From: Octopus bimaculoides
Taxonomy: Eukaryota
Length of the DNA stretch: 64,000 nucleotides
NCBI RefSeq assembly: GCF_001194135.2
Contig: NC_068989.1
Span: 41,254,234-41,318,233 of the forward strand
Reading direction: 5' to 3'
Shown piece by piece: positions 62,936 to 64,000 of this stretch. The position numbers and the translations under genes are program-made. Each line of letters starts with the position of its first letter. Positions within the stretch are counted from its first letter, which is position 1. The notes beneath the pieces were generated by a model, which did no database searches, was not told the origin of the DNA, and was given only the letters and a program-made list of their open reading frames with translations.

Positions 62936-64000
62936 TGAACAACAACACTTCTTCAACCAATTATCTTATGTAATAGAGGCAGTAGATTTCACTAGGTGAA
63001 GAGAAATAATAGATCTGAGGATAATGAGAAAATTGGTTTTCAAAAAAAATCCCAATTGAGCAAATATACCATTGAAGGCATTTTAACTGTAACCATTCCA
63101 GCTTTTTTATAGAGATATTTCTACAACACCATTACTATAAAGGCATGTGGAGTGGTGGTTACGGTGTTGGGCTCATGAATATAATAAGGTCATAGGTTCA
63201 AATCCTGGATCAGGCAGTACTCTTTGTCATTGAACAAGACACATCATTTCACACTGATCCAGTTAGTTCAGCTGAAAATGAGTACCAACTGAATGCTGGT
63301 GTAGCCCTCTCTCGCTCCAGCTTTCACATCATGGATATTCCATTGGGTCAAGGGTAAGAGAACCAAGCTAATATCTGTGTATACGCATAACTACATAAGC
63401 ATTCAAAACAATTAGTGAAAGCATGATACAAAACTACTAAGTCACATTCACTTGCACATGCTACATTATCCAGTGTTTAAGATAGTAAAATATGATTTAT
63501 GGGGGCTTTGGCTGCTATTAGGATCATTCATTACTGTTGGCATGAAGGGATGGATGGCTACCTCTCAGATTTACTTTTTTAAAGTGTTATTCTTTTGATC
63601 ATTTTTGTAAAATTTTAATAAATCTTTCTAGCATTATGGTTCTAAATATTTAATGTATTTTTTTTTAATGACAAAATTTCATTTTTATTTAAAAAAAAAA
63701 GAAGAATGAGATATGAGGAATGATTACCTCTTGTGGTAAACTTTTATAATTTTCATTTAAGAATTGAACAGGTACATCGGAAGCTGAAAGAACACAAAAA
63801 CATATATCAATATATACATACACATAGAAGGAAAGAACTTTAACCCTTTTAATTATAACACATCTAAGAAATATAAGAAAAAAGTATATATCTCCCTATA
63901 CTTTTTACTTATATTTCATATTTTTTATATATTTTTTTACATATTTATAGAGATATTGTTTTATTGCTCATATATTTTTTACACATATCTTTTCTACTTT

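Overview
AT-rich eukaryotic genomic DNA with several N gaps. The SINE, MITE and LINE repertoire and the dense CA/TA/AAT microsatellites look like an octopus or other coleoid cephalopod genome (inference). Most of the window appears to be intronic sequence of one large minus-strand gene. I could splice six exons in consistent phase: 49097-49147, 39090-39432, 30516-30570, 27664-27842, 27104-27253 and 26260-26305. They encode a SAM-like C-terminal half, a Ser-rich linker, a degenerate PDZ domain (..INPGDR|ILEVNG..) and the start of a coiled coil. Further tentative exons lie at 60182-60301, 22872-22880 and 2114-2350. I do not recognise the gene. The introns hold a Tigger/pogo remnant, a full-length decayed mariner, a Penelope-like GIY-YIG remnant, a 5'-truncated HERO-type RLE retrotransposon, many RTE 3' ends, at least four SINE families and TTAA/hAT MITEs. 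The most unusual structures are: (i) a ~214-bp copy of part of the PDZ exon with its donor, placed 3 kb away between ~100-bp perfect inverted repeats, creating a possible poison exon; (ii) several intronic fold-back palindromes, one with a perfect 60-bp stem; (iii) hammerhead-like half-motifs beside the Penelope element; (iv) an AACAGATG E-box cluster. No rRNA, true tRNA gene or CRISPR array was seen. TE boundaries are by-eye estimates.
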